Numbered from the stretch's first letter, positions 48,807 to 58,485 are shown. The stretch is DNA of 64,000 nt from an uncultured Verrucomicrobiae bacterium (GCA_963762565.1 CAVXLD010000007.1:512001-576000), one strand, 5' to 3'. Notes: generated by a model not told the origin, from the letters alone. A program made the numbers and translations.

Positions 48807-49183
48807 GAAGTGAGAAGTGATTGGTGAGAAGTGAGAGGTAGGTGGGCGTCGCCCGCTGACACGACACCCAATTCGAACTCGTCGCAGTACTCCATCACTC
48901 CGCGTGGCCGGATTCGAGAACAGCCTGTCCGCCGTAGCCCACGGTCTACGTTGCCAACCGCTCGAAGTCGGCCTCGCAAGCGAGGCGCGCTCCACAACCA
49001 AGGAGTCGGCGAAGGCGGAAGGACGACGACGAGGACGAGAACGAAGCCCCTGCCATACGCGGAGGAATGCTACACCTTCATCGGGCTTTATGCGCGAAGC
49101 GGATCCCCGTATTTTGACCCACGGCGTGAATCTGCCGACTGACGGGGCCTCTCACGTCTCACGTCTCACCTCTCACTTCTCAC
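48803..49183. repeat. GTGAGAA heptamer element containing the nested ~140-bp repeat (48906-49049)
   Basis: gtgagaagtgagaagtgattggtgagaagtgagagg ... cctctcacgtctcacgtctcacctctcacttctcac. The inner part is the reverse complement of 2243-2381. Confidence 0.85.
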
Positions 49184-49309
49184 ATCTTTGCAGTAGTGTT
49201 ATTTCCTTGTTGATTTTTGCGACCTAGCACATAGCCTCGCCATAGTTCCCCCGTCGCTGGCAATCGTCAGCAACCAATCAACCGGTCCCGGGTCGGAAAA
49301 ATCGCGATT

Positions 49310-50395
49310 ATGAATTCAGAAAACGATCACTCTCAAGACCTGCGTATCCCACGCAGGACATTTATTCGCCGCGCTGCGGCGTTGACAGGTGCAACCGCGG
49401 TGTTGGGTGCGATACCGCGTAAGGCATTCGCTGCCGATAGCAAACCGACGTTGGTCAATTCCATCCGATCGCTGTCCAATCCTTATCACGCCACCTGGAA
49501 CCAGGGCGGAGCCGATTTCGCCAAATCGGTAGGTTGCGAATACGTCACCTTGGTCACGGAAGGCAATAGCGAGAAGGGAATCGCGGATGTCCGCGCCATC
49601 GTGGCGAAGACCGGCGGCAACATGGTGCTGAACGTCGATCCGAATGACTCGCCAGATGCGCGCGCGATCGTCGAGGCGTGCGTTAACGCTAAGGCCCATG
49701 TGGTGACCCAGTGGAACAAGCCGGACGATCTCCATCCTCAGGATTTCAATCCCTATTATGTGAGCCACATCATCTTTAACGGCGTGACTTATGGCCAGCA
49801 GACGGCCGAAGCGTTGTTCAAGGCGTTCGGCGGTTCGGGCGGGATCGTTGGCCTGGGTGGAATTCTTTCAAATACGCCGGCGATTCAACGCAAACAGGGC
49901 TTGGAAAAGGCGCTGGCCGCCAATCCTAACGTTAAGTTGCTGGATTTCCAGGTCGCAAACTGGAAAGCGTCAGAGGCATTCACCACTACCGGGACTTGGT
50001 TGACCCGCTTTGGTAAAGATATCAAAGGAATCTGGTGCGCCAACGACGACATGGCCAGCGGCGCTCTGGAAGCGTTGCGCGCTGAAGGACTAGCCGGGAA
50101 AATCCCGGTATGCGGCACCGACGGTATCAAACTGGCCGTTGAAGCCGTTAAGAGCGGTGACATGGCGGCGACGGCTTCCTGGAATCCCTATTGGCAAGGC
50201 GGTATGGGGCTCTCCATCGGTTATGCTGCGCGGTTGGGCAAATTCGATGTGGCGTCGCAACCCCAGAATCACCGGGACTATAACGCAAAAGGAATTCTGG
50301 TTACCAAAGACAACGTGGACGATTTCATAAAGAACTACATTCAATCCACGCCGAAGGTCGACTGGAACGACTACTGGGGTAATATAGCGAGCTAG
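49310..50395 (+). CDS. Sugar ABC substrate-binding protein with Tat signal
   Basis: PRRTFIRR Tat motif, SLSNPYH, IWCANDDMA.GA, G.DG. Confidence 0.92.
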   Translation: MNSENDHSQDLRIPRRTFIRRAAALTGATAVLGAIPRKAFAADSKPTLVNSIRSLSNPYHATWNQGGADFAKSVGCEYVTLVTEGNSEKGIADVRAIVAKTGGNMVLNVDPNDSPDARAIVEACVNAKAHVVTQWNKPDDLHPQDFNPYYVSHIIFNGVTYGQQTAEALFKAFGGSGGIVGLGGILSNTPAIQRKQGLEKALAANPNVKLLDFQVANWKASEAFTTTGTWLTRFGKDIKGIWCANDDMASGALEALRAEGLAGKIPVCGTDGIKLAVEAVKSGDMAATASWNPYWQGGMGLSIGYAARLGKFDVASQPQNHRDYNAKGILVTKDNVDDFIKNYIQSTPKVDWNDYWGNIAS

Positions 50396-50404
50396 GAAGC
50401 GCGC

Positions 50405-50614
50405 TGGAGGGGAGCCGCTTTGTAGGTTGGCAGCTCTATCAGCTGTTTAACAAGCGGCTCCCGGGAACGTCCCAGCGGTTGGAATTCATCCCTGGTGCGA
50501 AGTTGACGGAATCATGCAAGGGCGACCCATAGAACAAACACGTCCTGGGTGGATCCCGGGAGCCGCCTGCAGCCAACTTACAGATCTGCTAACCTACAAA
50601 GCGGCTCCCCTCCA
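50405..50614. repeat. Four-arm GGAGGGGAGCCGCTTTG element
   Basis: tggaggggagccgctttgtaggttggcag ... ctgctaacctacaaagcggctcccctcca, with an inner gcggctcccgg / ccggggagccgc pair. Confidence 0.85.
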
Positions 50615-50674
50615 GGCGATGGGCCGAGCATGCCGCCGCGCCCTTTCCAGCACGAGGAGATCTAAGGACGCCCC

Positions 50675-51712
50675 ATGGAAGTAAATAATCCCCCGGCGCC
50701 AACCATCCCTGAACATGGGCAAGCCAACGCTGGATCCACGAAAAAACCGGCTCTTTCCCGGAAGTCGCTCGAGCGCATCAAGTCTTTAGCTCCGCTCGCC
50801 GCCCTCCTGGTTCTCTCCCTGTTGATCGGTAGCCAGAATCCGCGTTTTTTTGATTTCTTCAATTTTGTCCGGATCGCGAACTCGGCTGCAATCCCACTAG
50901 TTCTGGCCCTCGGAGCCACATTCGTGATCCTCCTGGGAAGTGTCGATCTCTCAGTCGAAGGTGTGCTCGCCCTGGGAGCCGTCGTGGTCGCCATTTTTGT
51001 TCAGAACGACATGAACCAAAATTCTTTTGGTTGGCTCGCTCCGCTGTTTTCGATTATAGCGGGCGCGGCAATCGGTTTTCTGAACGGGTTGATCCATGTA
51101 AAGGCCCGGATCCCTTCTTTTATGGTGACCCTCGGAAGCTGGTTCGTCGGCGTTGGCTTAGCGACGCTGATCTTGGGAGGCACCAATGCTCGGATTCTTG
51201 ATCCCGGGATTCGCGCCTTGGCGTTGAGCCGGTTCCTCAATTTTCCGCTGGCGGTCTGGGTTTCCATCGGCGTGCTGGCGGTAGCTTGGCTGATCGAGCG
51301 GTTCACCACCTTCGGGAGGCATGTCTTTGCCATCGGAGGAGGCGAGGACCTCGCGGCCCTGTCCGGTATCCACGTCGAGCGCGTTAAGGTGATGGTTTTC
51401 ACTTTAGCCGGCGCGTTGTACGGAATCGGAGGTGTCCTGGCGGCGGCTCAACTCGGTCAAGGCAATGCGACGATCGGCGACGGCCGCCTGTTTTCGACGA
51501 TTACCGCGGTTGTGGTGGGAGGGACTTCACTGAGCGGTGGCTCGGGCGGAGTCCTCAACACCCTCGTGGGCGTCTTGATCATTGCGGTTTTAGGGAACGG
51601 AATGGTGTTGCTCGGTATTTCTCCGGACGTTCAGCAGGCCGTGCAGGGTGTCATCATCATCATCGCAGTAGCGGCTTCCATTGATCGCCAGCGGATGAAA
51701 TTTGTGAAGTAA
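50675..51712 (+). CDS. Sugar ABC transporter permease (CUT2)
   Basis: GSVDLSV, IPSFMVTLG, AVVVGGTSLSGG.G. Confidence 0.94.
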   Translation: MEVNNPPAPTIPEHGQANAGSTKKPALSRKSLERIKSLAPLAALLVLSLLIGSQNPRFFDFFNFVRIANSAAIPLVLALGATFVILLGSVDLSVEGVLALGAVVVAIFVQNDMNQNSFGWLAPLFSIIAGAAIGFLNGLIHVKARIPSFMVTLGSWFVGVGLATLILGGTNARILDPGIRALALSRFLNFPLAVWVSIGVLAVAWLIERFTTFGRHVFAIGGGEDLAALSGIHVERVKVMVFTLAGALYGIGGVLAAAQLGQGNATIGDGRLFSTITAVVVGGTSLSGGSGGVLNTLVGVLIIAVLGNGMVLLGISPDVQQAVQGVIIIIAVAASIDRQRMKFVK

Positions 51713-51716
51713 AACG

Positions 51717-53234
51717 ATGGCCGAAAAAGCATTTCTGAATCTGACCGATGTCAGCAAGGCGTTCGCCGGAGTTCAAGCTCTGGACGAGGTCCGCATTGAA
51801 GTTAGGCCGGGTGAAGTCGTTGGATTAGTTGGCGAAAACGGTGCCGGTAAATCGACGTTGATGCGGATTCTGGCCGGCGTCTATCGACCGGATAGCGGGA
51901 CGCTGCTGCTTGATGGCAAGCCGCTGGTGTTAAATAGCCCGCGTGAAGCCAATCTCCAGGGTATCGGCATCGTCTTTCAGGAGCAATCGTTGTTGCCCAA
52001 TCTGACAGTTGCGGAAAACATCTACCTCGGTCAGGAAAAAGAATTCAGTCGCTGGGGGGTGATTTCGTGGCCGGCGTTGCACGCTGCCGCCAAACGCCAG
52101 CTCGAGAAAGTGCAATTGCCGATTGATCCAGCCACTCGCACCGCTCACTTGAGTTTCGCTGAGCGGCAAATGGTTGAATTAGCCAAAGCTCTGGCTTTGG
52201 AGGAGCGGACCGAACGTCATTTGGTGATCCTGCTGGATGAACCGACCTCGGTGCTAGAGCAGCGTGAAATTGATATTCTGTTTGCACGTGTTCGTGCACT
52301 CAGGAATCGAGCCAGCTTCGTCTTCGTATCCCATCGATTGGACGAAGTGCTAGATATCTCCGACCGCGTCTATGTCATGAAAGACGGCAAAGTGGTGGCG
52401 GAAATGCCGGCCGGTGAGACGAACGTCCCCGAATTGCACCGGCTCATGGTTGGGCGCGAGCTGCATGCCGAGTACTATCGGGAGGCTCGTCAACGTGAGC
52501 CGGCCCAGAATCTGGCCATGCAGGCCGAGAGTCTGGCCGTTAACGGAGCCTACCGGAATGTGGACTTCACTTTGCGAGCAGGCGAAATCCTTGGGATCGC
52601 GGGGGTCATCGGCTCCGGCCGGGAAGCGTTGACCCGAACCCTATTTGGTTTTCTCCCGCATTCTGCCGGAAAACTAACCGTAGCCGGCAAGCCGGTTCGA
52701 TTGACTTCTCCAGATCAAGCCGCCGCTTTGGGGATCGGCTATATCCCCCGTGAACGTCGAGTGGAAGGGCTGGTGCTCACACTACCGATTGTGCCGAACA
52801 TTACGCTCGCCAGTTTGGCTACGGTGATGAAAGGCGGAGCGATTCAAAGCGCCAAAGAACGCAAATTAGCGGAAAGTTGGGTGGAGAAATTGCATGTGCG
52901 GACACCGAATGTGGACGCGCTCTGCTTGAATCTCAGCGGGGGTAACCAGCAAAAGGTCGTGCTTTCAAAATGGATGAACGCGCGTTCCAAGATTTTGATT
53001 TTTGATCATCCGACCCGAGGACTGGATGTTGGCGCTAAAGAGGAAGTCTACGATTTAATGCGGACGCTTTCCGAGCAAGGCATCGCGATGATTCTGACTG
53101 CGGACACGCTGGAAGAGACCATTGGTCTATCCCATTCGATCCTGGTGATGCGCGACGGGGAAGTGACAGCGCGGTTTGATGCAACTCCCGGCAAAAAGCC
53201 GGCTCAGGTCGATCTGATTCGGCACATGGTTTAG
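51717..53234 (+). CDS. Sugar ABC transporter ATP-binding protein
   Basis: GENGAGKST, LLDEPT, LSGGNQQKV, PTRGLDVGAK. Confidence 0.95.
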   Translation: MAEKAFLNLTDVSKAFAGVQALDEVRIEVRPGEVVGLVGENGAGKSTLMRILAGVYRPDSGTLLLDGKPLVLNSPREANLQGIGIVFQEQSLLPNLTVAENIYLGQEKEFSRWGVISWPALHAAAKRQLEKVQLPIDPATRTAHLSFAERQMVELAKALALEERTERHLVILLDEPTSVLEQREIDILFARVRALRNRASFVFVSHRLDEVLDISDRVYVMKDGKVVAEMPAGETNVPELHRLMVGRELHAEYYREARQREPAQNLAMQAESLAVNGAYRNVDFTLRAGEILGIAGVIGSGREALTRTLFGFLPHSAGKLTVAGKPVRLTSPDQAAALGIGYIPRERRVEGLVLTLPIVPNITLASLATVMKGGAIQSAKERKLAESWVEKLHVRTPNVDALCLNLSGGNQQKVVLSKWMNARSKILIFDHPTRGLDVGAKEEVYDLMRTLSEQGIAMILTADTLEETIGLSHSILVMRDGEVTARFDATPGKKPAQVDLIRHMV

Positions 53235-53256
53235 TGTCCTGTCCCATAAATAACCT

Positions 53257-54204
53257 TTGAAAAAGAACTACCGAGCACAGATCCGGGCCCTGGCGCCGTT
53301 GTTAGTGTTGGTTGGTTTGGTGCTAGTCATCGGCGTGTTGCGCCCCGGTTTTTTGAACTGGGACAGTCTTGTGGTCACCGTGGCTAATACCGCGATTTTG
53401 TTTATCCTGGCAGCCGGTTCGACTTTCGTGGTGATGTTGGGAAGTATCGATCTCTCGATCCAGGCTATCTGTTCTTTTGCTAGTGTGATCGTAGCCGCTA
53501 TGCTGCCCGGCTATGGTTACGCTGCTTTTCCGATTGCTGTGGCCATGGGGTTGGTAACCGGGACCATCAGCGGATTGTTTCACGTGTGGTTACGAATCCC
53601 TTCATTTATCGTGACGCTGGCTACCAGCGGATTGCTGGTGTCGGCCGCACTCCTGTTTTCCCACGAGCGAGCCATCAGCATTGATCAGGCTGGCCGGGCG
53701 CATCTGACTTGGGTTACCGGCGATTTCCTGGGCTTACCCAACGTGATTTGGGTTGCCGGCCTGGTAGCGGCGCTGGGGATCTGGTCCCAGAAATACACAC
53801 CGTTCGGCCGCTATAGTATTGCTATCGGCGCTGGCGAGCCGGCTACCTGGGCCTCCGGCGTTAGAGTGAATCGGTACAAAGTCATCGCGTTTGCTGTCTC
53901 CGGCGCGCTCGCGGCATTAGCTGGCGTGTTGATGGCCGGACGAGAAGGCAGCGGTTCACCCACGCTGGCCGATCAATTGTTGCTACCGGCGATCGCTGCA
54001 GTGATTGTCGGCGGGACCGCCATTACCGGTGGGGCTGGGGGAATTGGCCGGACCGCGGTTGGTGCGCTCATCATCACCATCGTACGAGTCGGCATGACCT
54101 TTATCGGCGTTGACATTTTTGCTCAACAGATTGTTTTTGGCGTGGCGCTAGTATTAGCCGTCGCCCTCACCATTGATCGGACCAAGATAGTGATCGTTAA
54201 ATAA
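53257..54204 (+). CDS. Sugar ABC transporter permease (CUT2)
   Basis: GSIDLSI, IPSFIVTLA, AAVIVGGTAITGG.G. TTG start. Confidence 0.93.
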   Translation: MKKNYRAQIRALAPLLVLVGLVLVIGVLRPGFLNWDSLVVTVANTAILFILAAGSTFVVMLGSIDLSIQAICSFASVIVAAMLPGYGYAAFPIAVAMGLVTGTISGLFHVWLRIPSFIVTLATSGLLVSAALLFSHERAISIDQAGRAHLTWVTGDFLGLPNVIWVAGLVAALGIWSQKYTPFGRYSIAIGAGEPATWASGVRVNRYKVIAFAVSGALAALAGVLMAGREGSGSPTLADQLLLPAIAAVIVGGTAITGGAGGIGRTAVGALIITIVRVGMTFIGVDIFAQQIVFGVALVLAVALTIDRTKIVIVK

Positions 54205-54252
54205 GCCTGCCTCGCGGCCAAATGCGTCAGGCATTTGGCCGCGAGGCAGGCT
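54204..54252. other. Perfect 22-bp-stem hairpin inside the operon
   Basis: agcctgcctcgcggccaaatgc-gtcag-gcatttggccgcgaggcaggct, with no U-tract. Confidence 0.7.
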
Positions 54253-54309
54253 ATGGCGTGATCGTTCCCGGCGTTGACGGCGATCACGGCGTTGCCGGCG
54301 TTTTTAACT

Positions 54310-55104
54310 ATGGATCTACAATTGAAAGACAAAGTGGCCGTCATCACCGGCGGCAGTGTTGGAATCGGATTGGCAGTCGCCGAAGGGCTAGCGGCGGAAG
54401 GGGTCAACCTGGTTTTGGCGGCCCGCCAGGCGGATCGGGTTAAAACCGAAGCGGCTCGGGTCGCGGATAAATTTAAAGTGCGCGCCGTCGGGATAGAAGC
54501 AGACGTCGCCGCGGTCGCCGGCGTTGAGGTGGTGGTACGGGCGGCAGAAACCGAGTTTGGCGGCGCGGATATCTTGATCAATAACGCCGGTACCGGTAGC
54601 AATGAAACCATCATGGAAGCTCCCGACGAAAAGTGGGAGTACTATTGGAACCTGCATGTAATGGCAGCCGTGAGGTTGGCTCGCGGTCTGGTTCCTTCGA
54701 TGAGGAAACGGGGTGGCGGCGTGATTTTACACAACGGCTCAGTCTGCACCGTGCAACCGCTCTGGTATGAGCCGATCTATAACACCACCAAGGCCGCCCT
54801 ATTGATGTTTTCCAAAACGCTGGCAAATGAATTAATCAAAGACAATATCCGGGTGAACACGATCAATCCTGGTTTGGTGCTGACTCCGGATTGGATCAAG
54901 ACTGCCAAACAATTAACCGCTGACAAAGGAGGCGATTGGCAGGCCCACCTCGACGGCGTTGCTCGCGAGTACGCCCCGATCGATCGGTTTGCTACCCCGG
55001 AAGAAGTCGCCCATTTCTTCGTTTTCATGTGTTCACCAAGAGCGAGTTATTCGGTGGGTTCTGCCTATTTTGTGGACGGCGGTATGTTGAAGGTGGTGGC
55101 GTGA
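54310..55104 (+). CDS. SDR oxidoreductase
   Basis: MDLQLKDKVAVITGGSVGIG, NNAG, YNTTK, VDGG. Confidence 0.93.
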   Translation: MDLQLKDKVAVITGGSVGIGLAVAEGLAAEGVNLVLAARQADRVKTEAARVADKFKVRAVGIEADVAAVAGVEVVVRAAETEFGGADILINNAGTGSNETIMEAPDEKWEYYWNLHVMAAVRLARGLVPSMRKRGGGVILHNGSVCTVQPLWYEPIYNTTKAALLMFSKTLANELIKDNIRVNTINPGLVLTPDWIKTAKQLTADKGGDWQAHLDGVAREYAPIDRFATPEEVAHFFVFMCSPRASYSVGSAYFVDGGMLKVVA

Positions 55105-55118
55105 AGCGCGAGAGCGCC

Positions 55119-55576
55119 GGAGGGGAGCCGCTTTGGGACGTGGACAACGATCTCGCATATTCCTTCCAGTGCGAGGAAGGCCTAAAACATCGGTTAAACA
55201 AGCGGCTCCCGGGAATTACCCAGCGCGATGTTTTGCCCAGCGGTTGGTTCGAATAAATTTATTTCACGCGCCAAGAGACAAACCAAACTTTGGGTCGTTC
55301 TGGAGGGGAGCCGCTTTTGGACGTGGACAACGACCTCGCATATTCCTTCCAGTGCGAGGAAGGCCTAAAACATGGGTTAAACAAGCGGCTCCGGGAATTA
55401 CCCGGCGCGATGTTTTGCCCAGCGGTTGGTTCGAACGATTTATTTCACGCGCCAAGAGACAAACTGAGCGCTGGGTCGTTCGCGGGAGCCGCCTGTTTAA
55501 AGAGGTTTGCCGCGGTACACGCGCCTTAGAAAATAGCGCGAGGTCATTGGTCACGTACCAAAGCGGCTCCCCTCCA
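55119..55576. repeat. Tandem 183-bp-period duplication of the GGAGGGGAGCCGC element (one partial plus one complete copy)
   Basis: 55119-55300 is closely similar to 55302-55480. The complete copy ends caaagcggctcccctcca. Confidence 0.88.
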
Positions 55577-55582
55577 GAATGA

Positions 55583-57415
55583 CTACTGCTTACTGACCAC
55601 GTTCGCCAATTTCTCCACCGAGAAGACCGGTGGAGAACAGGTGCGGTCCGTACAGACGTAAGCAGCAGCGCTCTCCAGTGTCGGATATTCGACGTCGTTG
55701 TTTGGTAACGCACCTTCTTGGCTGTCCCACCATTCCACCCGCTTATAAAAGGAGGGAAGTTTCAGAGCGGAACTGAAAAGAGAAGCAGCGGTCGCATCTC
55801 TTTTCGAGCCTACCACGGTGACGTGGAGAGGTGGAGTCGTGAGTTCGCGATTAGCCAAAAGAATTCCGGAGACGAGAAACCCGCGTTCGTCCGCGACAGC
55901 CGGGATGCTCAGAAACTGCATTGCGTGCCGAGCCATCGTCTCGTAGGCCTTTATCCCGCTATACTTCTCGAGCAAGTTAGCAAATCGAGCGAGGTCAACA
56001 TTCTCATCAATTTGCGGCTTCGATTTTAAAGCACCGTTAGCAGGAGAAGTTAAATAACCGAGATCACCTTTGAAGTGTTGATCAATGTAATTGGCAGCTT
56101 CCTTCGCGTATCGAAGCCAATCGCGATTCGCTGTTACCGTGTAAAGAGTTATGAAGGCGCGGCCCATGTACAACGTATCAGCGAGGTAAGGGCCGGCCTT
56201 ATCTGTCTCGTCATGGCTGAAGCCGCCTTCCGCCATTCTTCGATGGGCGATGATCCAATTTGCCGCCCGGATTGCATCCTCCAACGGTTGGCGGTCGCCG
56301 GAAACCGCGCTAAGCACGGCCAGAGCATTGATGGCCCAGCCGTTCTCTCGGGAGTAAACGTGCCGGTCGACCCCAGGGATTCCGAGCGTTCTGCGTTCGG
56401 AGTCCCCAAGCTTAAAGTAGTCGGCAGAATGTTCACCTGGGACCAGGTCGGCGTCTTGACTCGCGTAGAAGGTCCCTTCTGGCGACATTAGAAAGCTTCT
56501 CAAATAGTCATAGATCTTCTTCGAGGTATTGAGGTAGATAGGATCACCCCACACCGCATAGGCTTCCGCATAAGTGCGGATGTTCTCCGCCTGCATCTGC
56601 ATAATCTTTTCGAAGTGCGGATGTCGCCAATCGCCGTCTGTGGAATATTGGCAAACACCGCCCCAAATCGGATCAATCAAGTTGAGCTGCGCTGCGAGCG
56701 TCTCCTGGCCCATCCGGGCGAGACTGGTGTCGCCTTGCATACTCGCGACCAGGCAATATTCGATTGTGTCCCAATTGAGGAATTTCTGTACGGTGCCCCA
56801 GCCTTTGTTCTTCGAATCGTAAGCGTCAATCAAACGCTGCCGCAGCCGGTCAATGTCTTTGTCGGAAAGAAAAGCTTGATCGGAGGGAGATAATTTCGAT
56901 TCGGGGAGGATGGAAGGACCGGGCGATGGATCATCGATAATCGCCTGTAACATCGAGGCCATCGGTTTTGGAGGGATGTATCCTTGGCGTTTAACGATTT
57001 CGCTTCCGTCTGTATTAAACACGATGGTAGCGGGCCAACCGTAATCCTCATAACGATTGGCAAGGTCGGGTCGTGAATCTGCGTCTACCCGAACCGCGAG
57101 GTAACGAGATCGGATAAGTTTTATGACAGCTGGGTCCGCGTAAGTGACGTCTTCCATTACGTGGCACCAGTGACACCAGCCCGTTCCCAAATCGAGCAAC
57201 ACGAATCGCTCTGCCTCTTTTGCTTTGCTGAAAATCGAGTCGGACCAAGGCTGCCATGTGATCTCATCTGCCCCTCTCAGATTAAGACAGAAGAACGGTG
57301 TCAGGAATGCGGTCAATAATATCAGGCGACAGACCCGTTTTATCGGTTGCCATAAGAAGGCTTGGTCAGGCGTGATTGGACCCAACTGATTCTGTTGTGT
57401 ACGCACGGCAGTCAC
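55583..57415 (-). CDS. Thioredoxin-domain protein (YyaL/SPATA20/DUF255 family)
   Basis: WCHWCHVME..TY, VDAD.RPDL, GWPAT, PHFEK.M, FYASQDAD, AYVC...TCS.P. Start uncertain. Confidence 0.9.
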   Translation of the reverse strand: MTAVRTQQNQLGPITPDQAFLWQPIKRVCRLILLTAFLTPFFCLNLRGADEITWQPWSDSIFSKAKEAERFVLLDLGTGWCHWCHVMEDVTYADPAVIKLIRSRYLAVRVDADSRPDLANRYEDYGWPATIVFNTDGSEIVKRQGYIPPKPMASMLQAIIDDPSPGPSILPESKLSPSDQAFLSDKDIDRLRQRLIDAYDSKNKGWGTVQKFLNWDTIEYCLVASMQGDTSLARMGQETLAAQLNLIDPIWGGVCQYSTDGDWRHPHFEKIMQMQAENIRTYAEAYAVWGDPIYLNTSKKIYDYLRSFLMSPEGTFYASQDADLVPGEHSADYFKLGDSERRTLGIPGVDRHVYSRENGWAINALAVLSAVSGDRQPLEDAIRAANWIIAHRRMAEGGFSHDETDKAGPYLADTLYMGRAFITLYTVTANRDWLRYAKEAANYIDQHFKGDLGYLTSPANGALKSKPQIDENVDLARFANLLEKYSGIKAYETMARHAMQFLSIPAVADERGFLVSGILLANRELTTPPLHVTVVGSKRDATAASLFSSALKLPSFYKRVEWWDSQEGALPNNDVEYPTLESAAAYVCTDRTCSPPVFSVEKLANVVSKQ

Positions 57416-57466
57416 GAGTTAAGATGCTTCCCGGCGGTTGTTTATTTCAAGAATCGATCGCCAAAT

Positions 57467-58111
57467 ATGATTCGTATCGAAGCAATCTTTGCGGGTGAGC
57501 CTCAGAGCATCACGGACGAAAAAGGGACATGGTTTTCTGCGATCTGTCGGACACGTGTGGAAGGACCTATCGAGCTTCGAGAGAGAGGTTTGGCCGGGGA
57601 TCGTGTCGCAGATACGAAGAATCATGGCCGGCCCGGTCAGGCGGTCTGCGTCCACCCGCTTACTCACTACGATTTTTGGAATCAGCTATACGATCTAACA
57701 GGCGCGGAGTGCCTGGGACCAGGTAGTGTCGGTGAGAACTGGACGATCAGCGGAGGAGATGAGGAAACCATCTTCTGCGGTGACGTTTATCGGGTCGGAA
57801 CGACAATCGTACAGGTGTCGGGTCCCCGCGGGCCGTGTTGGAAACAAGAACGTAAGCTCGGATTGGACGGCTTCTTGAAGCGCACGATCGATTCGATGCG
57901 AACCGGTTTTTATCTGAGGGTTTTACAGCCTGGGATTGTGGAGACCGGCGACACTTGGGAGCTGGAGAGCAGATTTAAAGACCCGGTTTCTGTGAACCTG
58001 GTAAATCAAGGTGCGTATCGCGGGGTGGAACCGAACGCCCTTGAAAGGATGCTAAGTGCGGAAGGGGTAGTACCAGAGTGGAAAGAGATGTTGCGGGCGC
58101 GGGGGAAGTGA
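57467..58111 (+). CDS. MOSC domain protein (YiiM-like)
   Basis: GLAGD.VAD...HG, GENWTI, QVSGPRGPCWK, RTGFYLRVL.PG.V. Confidence 0.92.
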   Translation: MIRIEAIFAGEPQSITDEKGTWFSAICRTRVEGPIELRERGLAGDRVADTKNHGRPGQAVCVHPLTHYDFWNQLYDLTGAECLGPGSVGENWTISGGDEETIFCGDVYRVGTTIVQVSGPRGPCWKQERKLGLDGFLKRTIDSMRTGFYLRVLQPGIVETGDTWELESRFKDPVSVNLVNQGAYRGVEPNALERMLSAEGVVPEWKEMLRARGK

Positions 58112-58472
58112 GGAGCTAGAATCTAGGAGCTAGGAGCTAGGAGCTAGGAGGGGGTGCTCTAATTTGGTGGGGCGAGGCTCCCCGAAGAACCCATCGTTAT
58201 CGCGAAGGGATTAAACGTTCTCGATTGGGATTGGTCGCAATACGCCCAACGCCCGCCGAGCCGCGGTGCAAGGTGTGCCAAGCTTGGACGGGAAGGAATA
58301 GAACAAAATCGCCACGCGGTTAGCGCTGGGCCCGGCTCGGCGTGCGGGTCGGCCTTGTTCGCGGCAAGGCCATCGAAAGGTCAATATCTTCGCGGACGCC
58401 ATCGGGCCATTCGGGAGCCTCGCCCCACCAAAATGGCCGGGCCCCACTCCTAGCTCCTAGATTCTAGCTCCT
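58111..58472. repeat. CTAGGAG-armed GGTGGGGCGAGGCTCC element
   Basis: Perfect 26-bp terminal inverted repeat 58111-58136 / 58447-58472. Inner tttggtggggcgaggctcccgaa / ttcgggagcctcgccccaccaaa. Confidence 0.9.
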
Positions 58473-58485
58473 TCATTAATTCCTC

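Noticed and set aside
55119..55576. Tandem 183-bp repeat as CRISPR or a coding repeat (ORFs 54936, 55133, 55264, 55290)
   Set aside because: Whole units are duplicated and belong to a dispersed palindromic family. The ORFs are chance frames.
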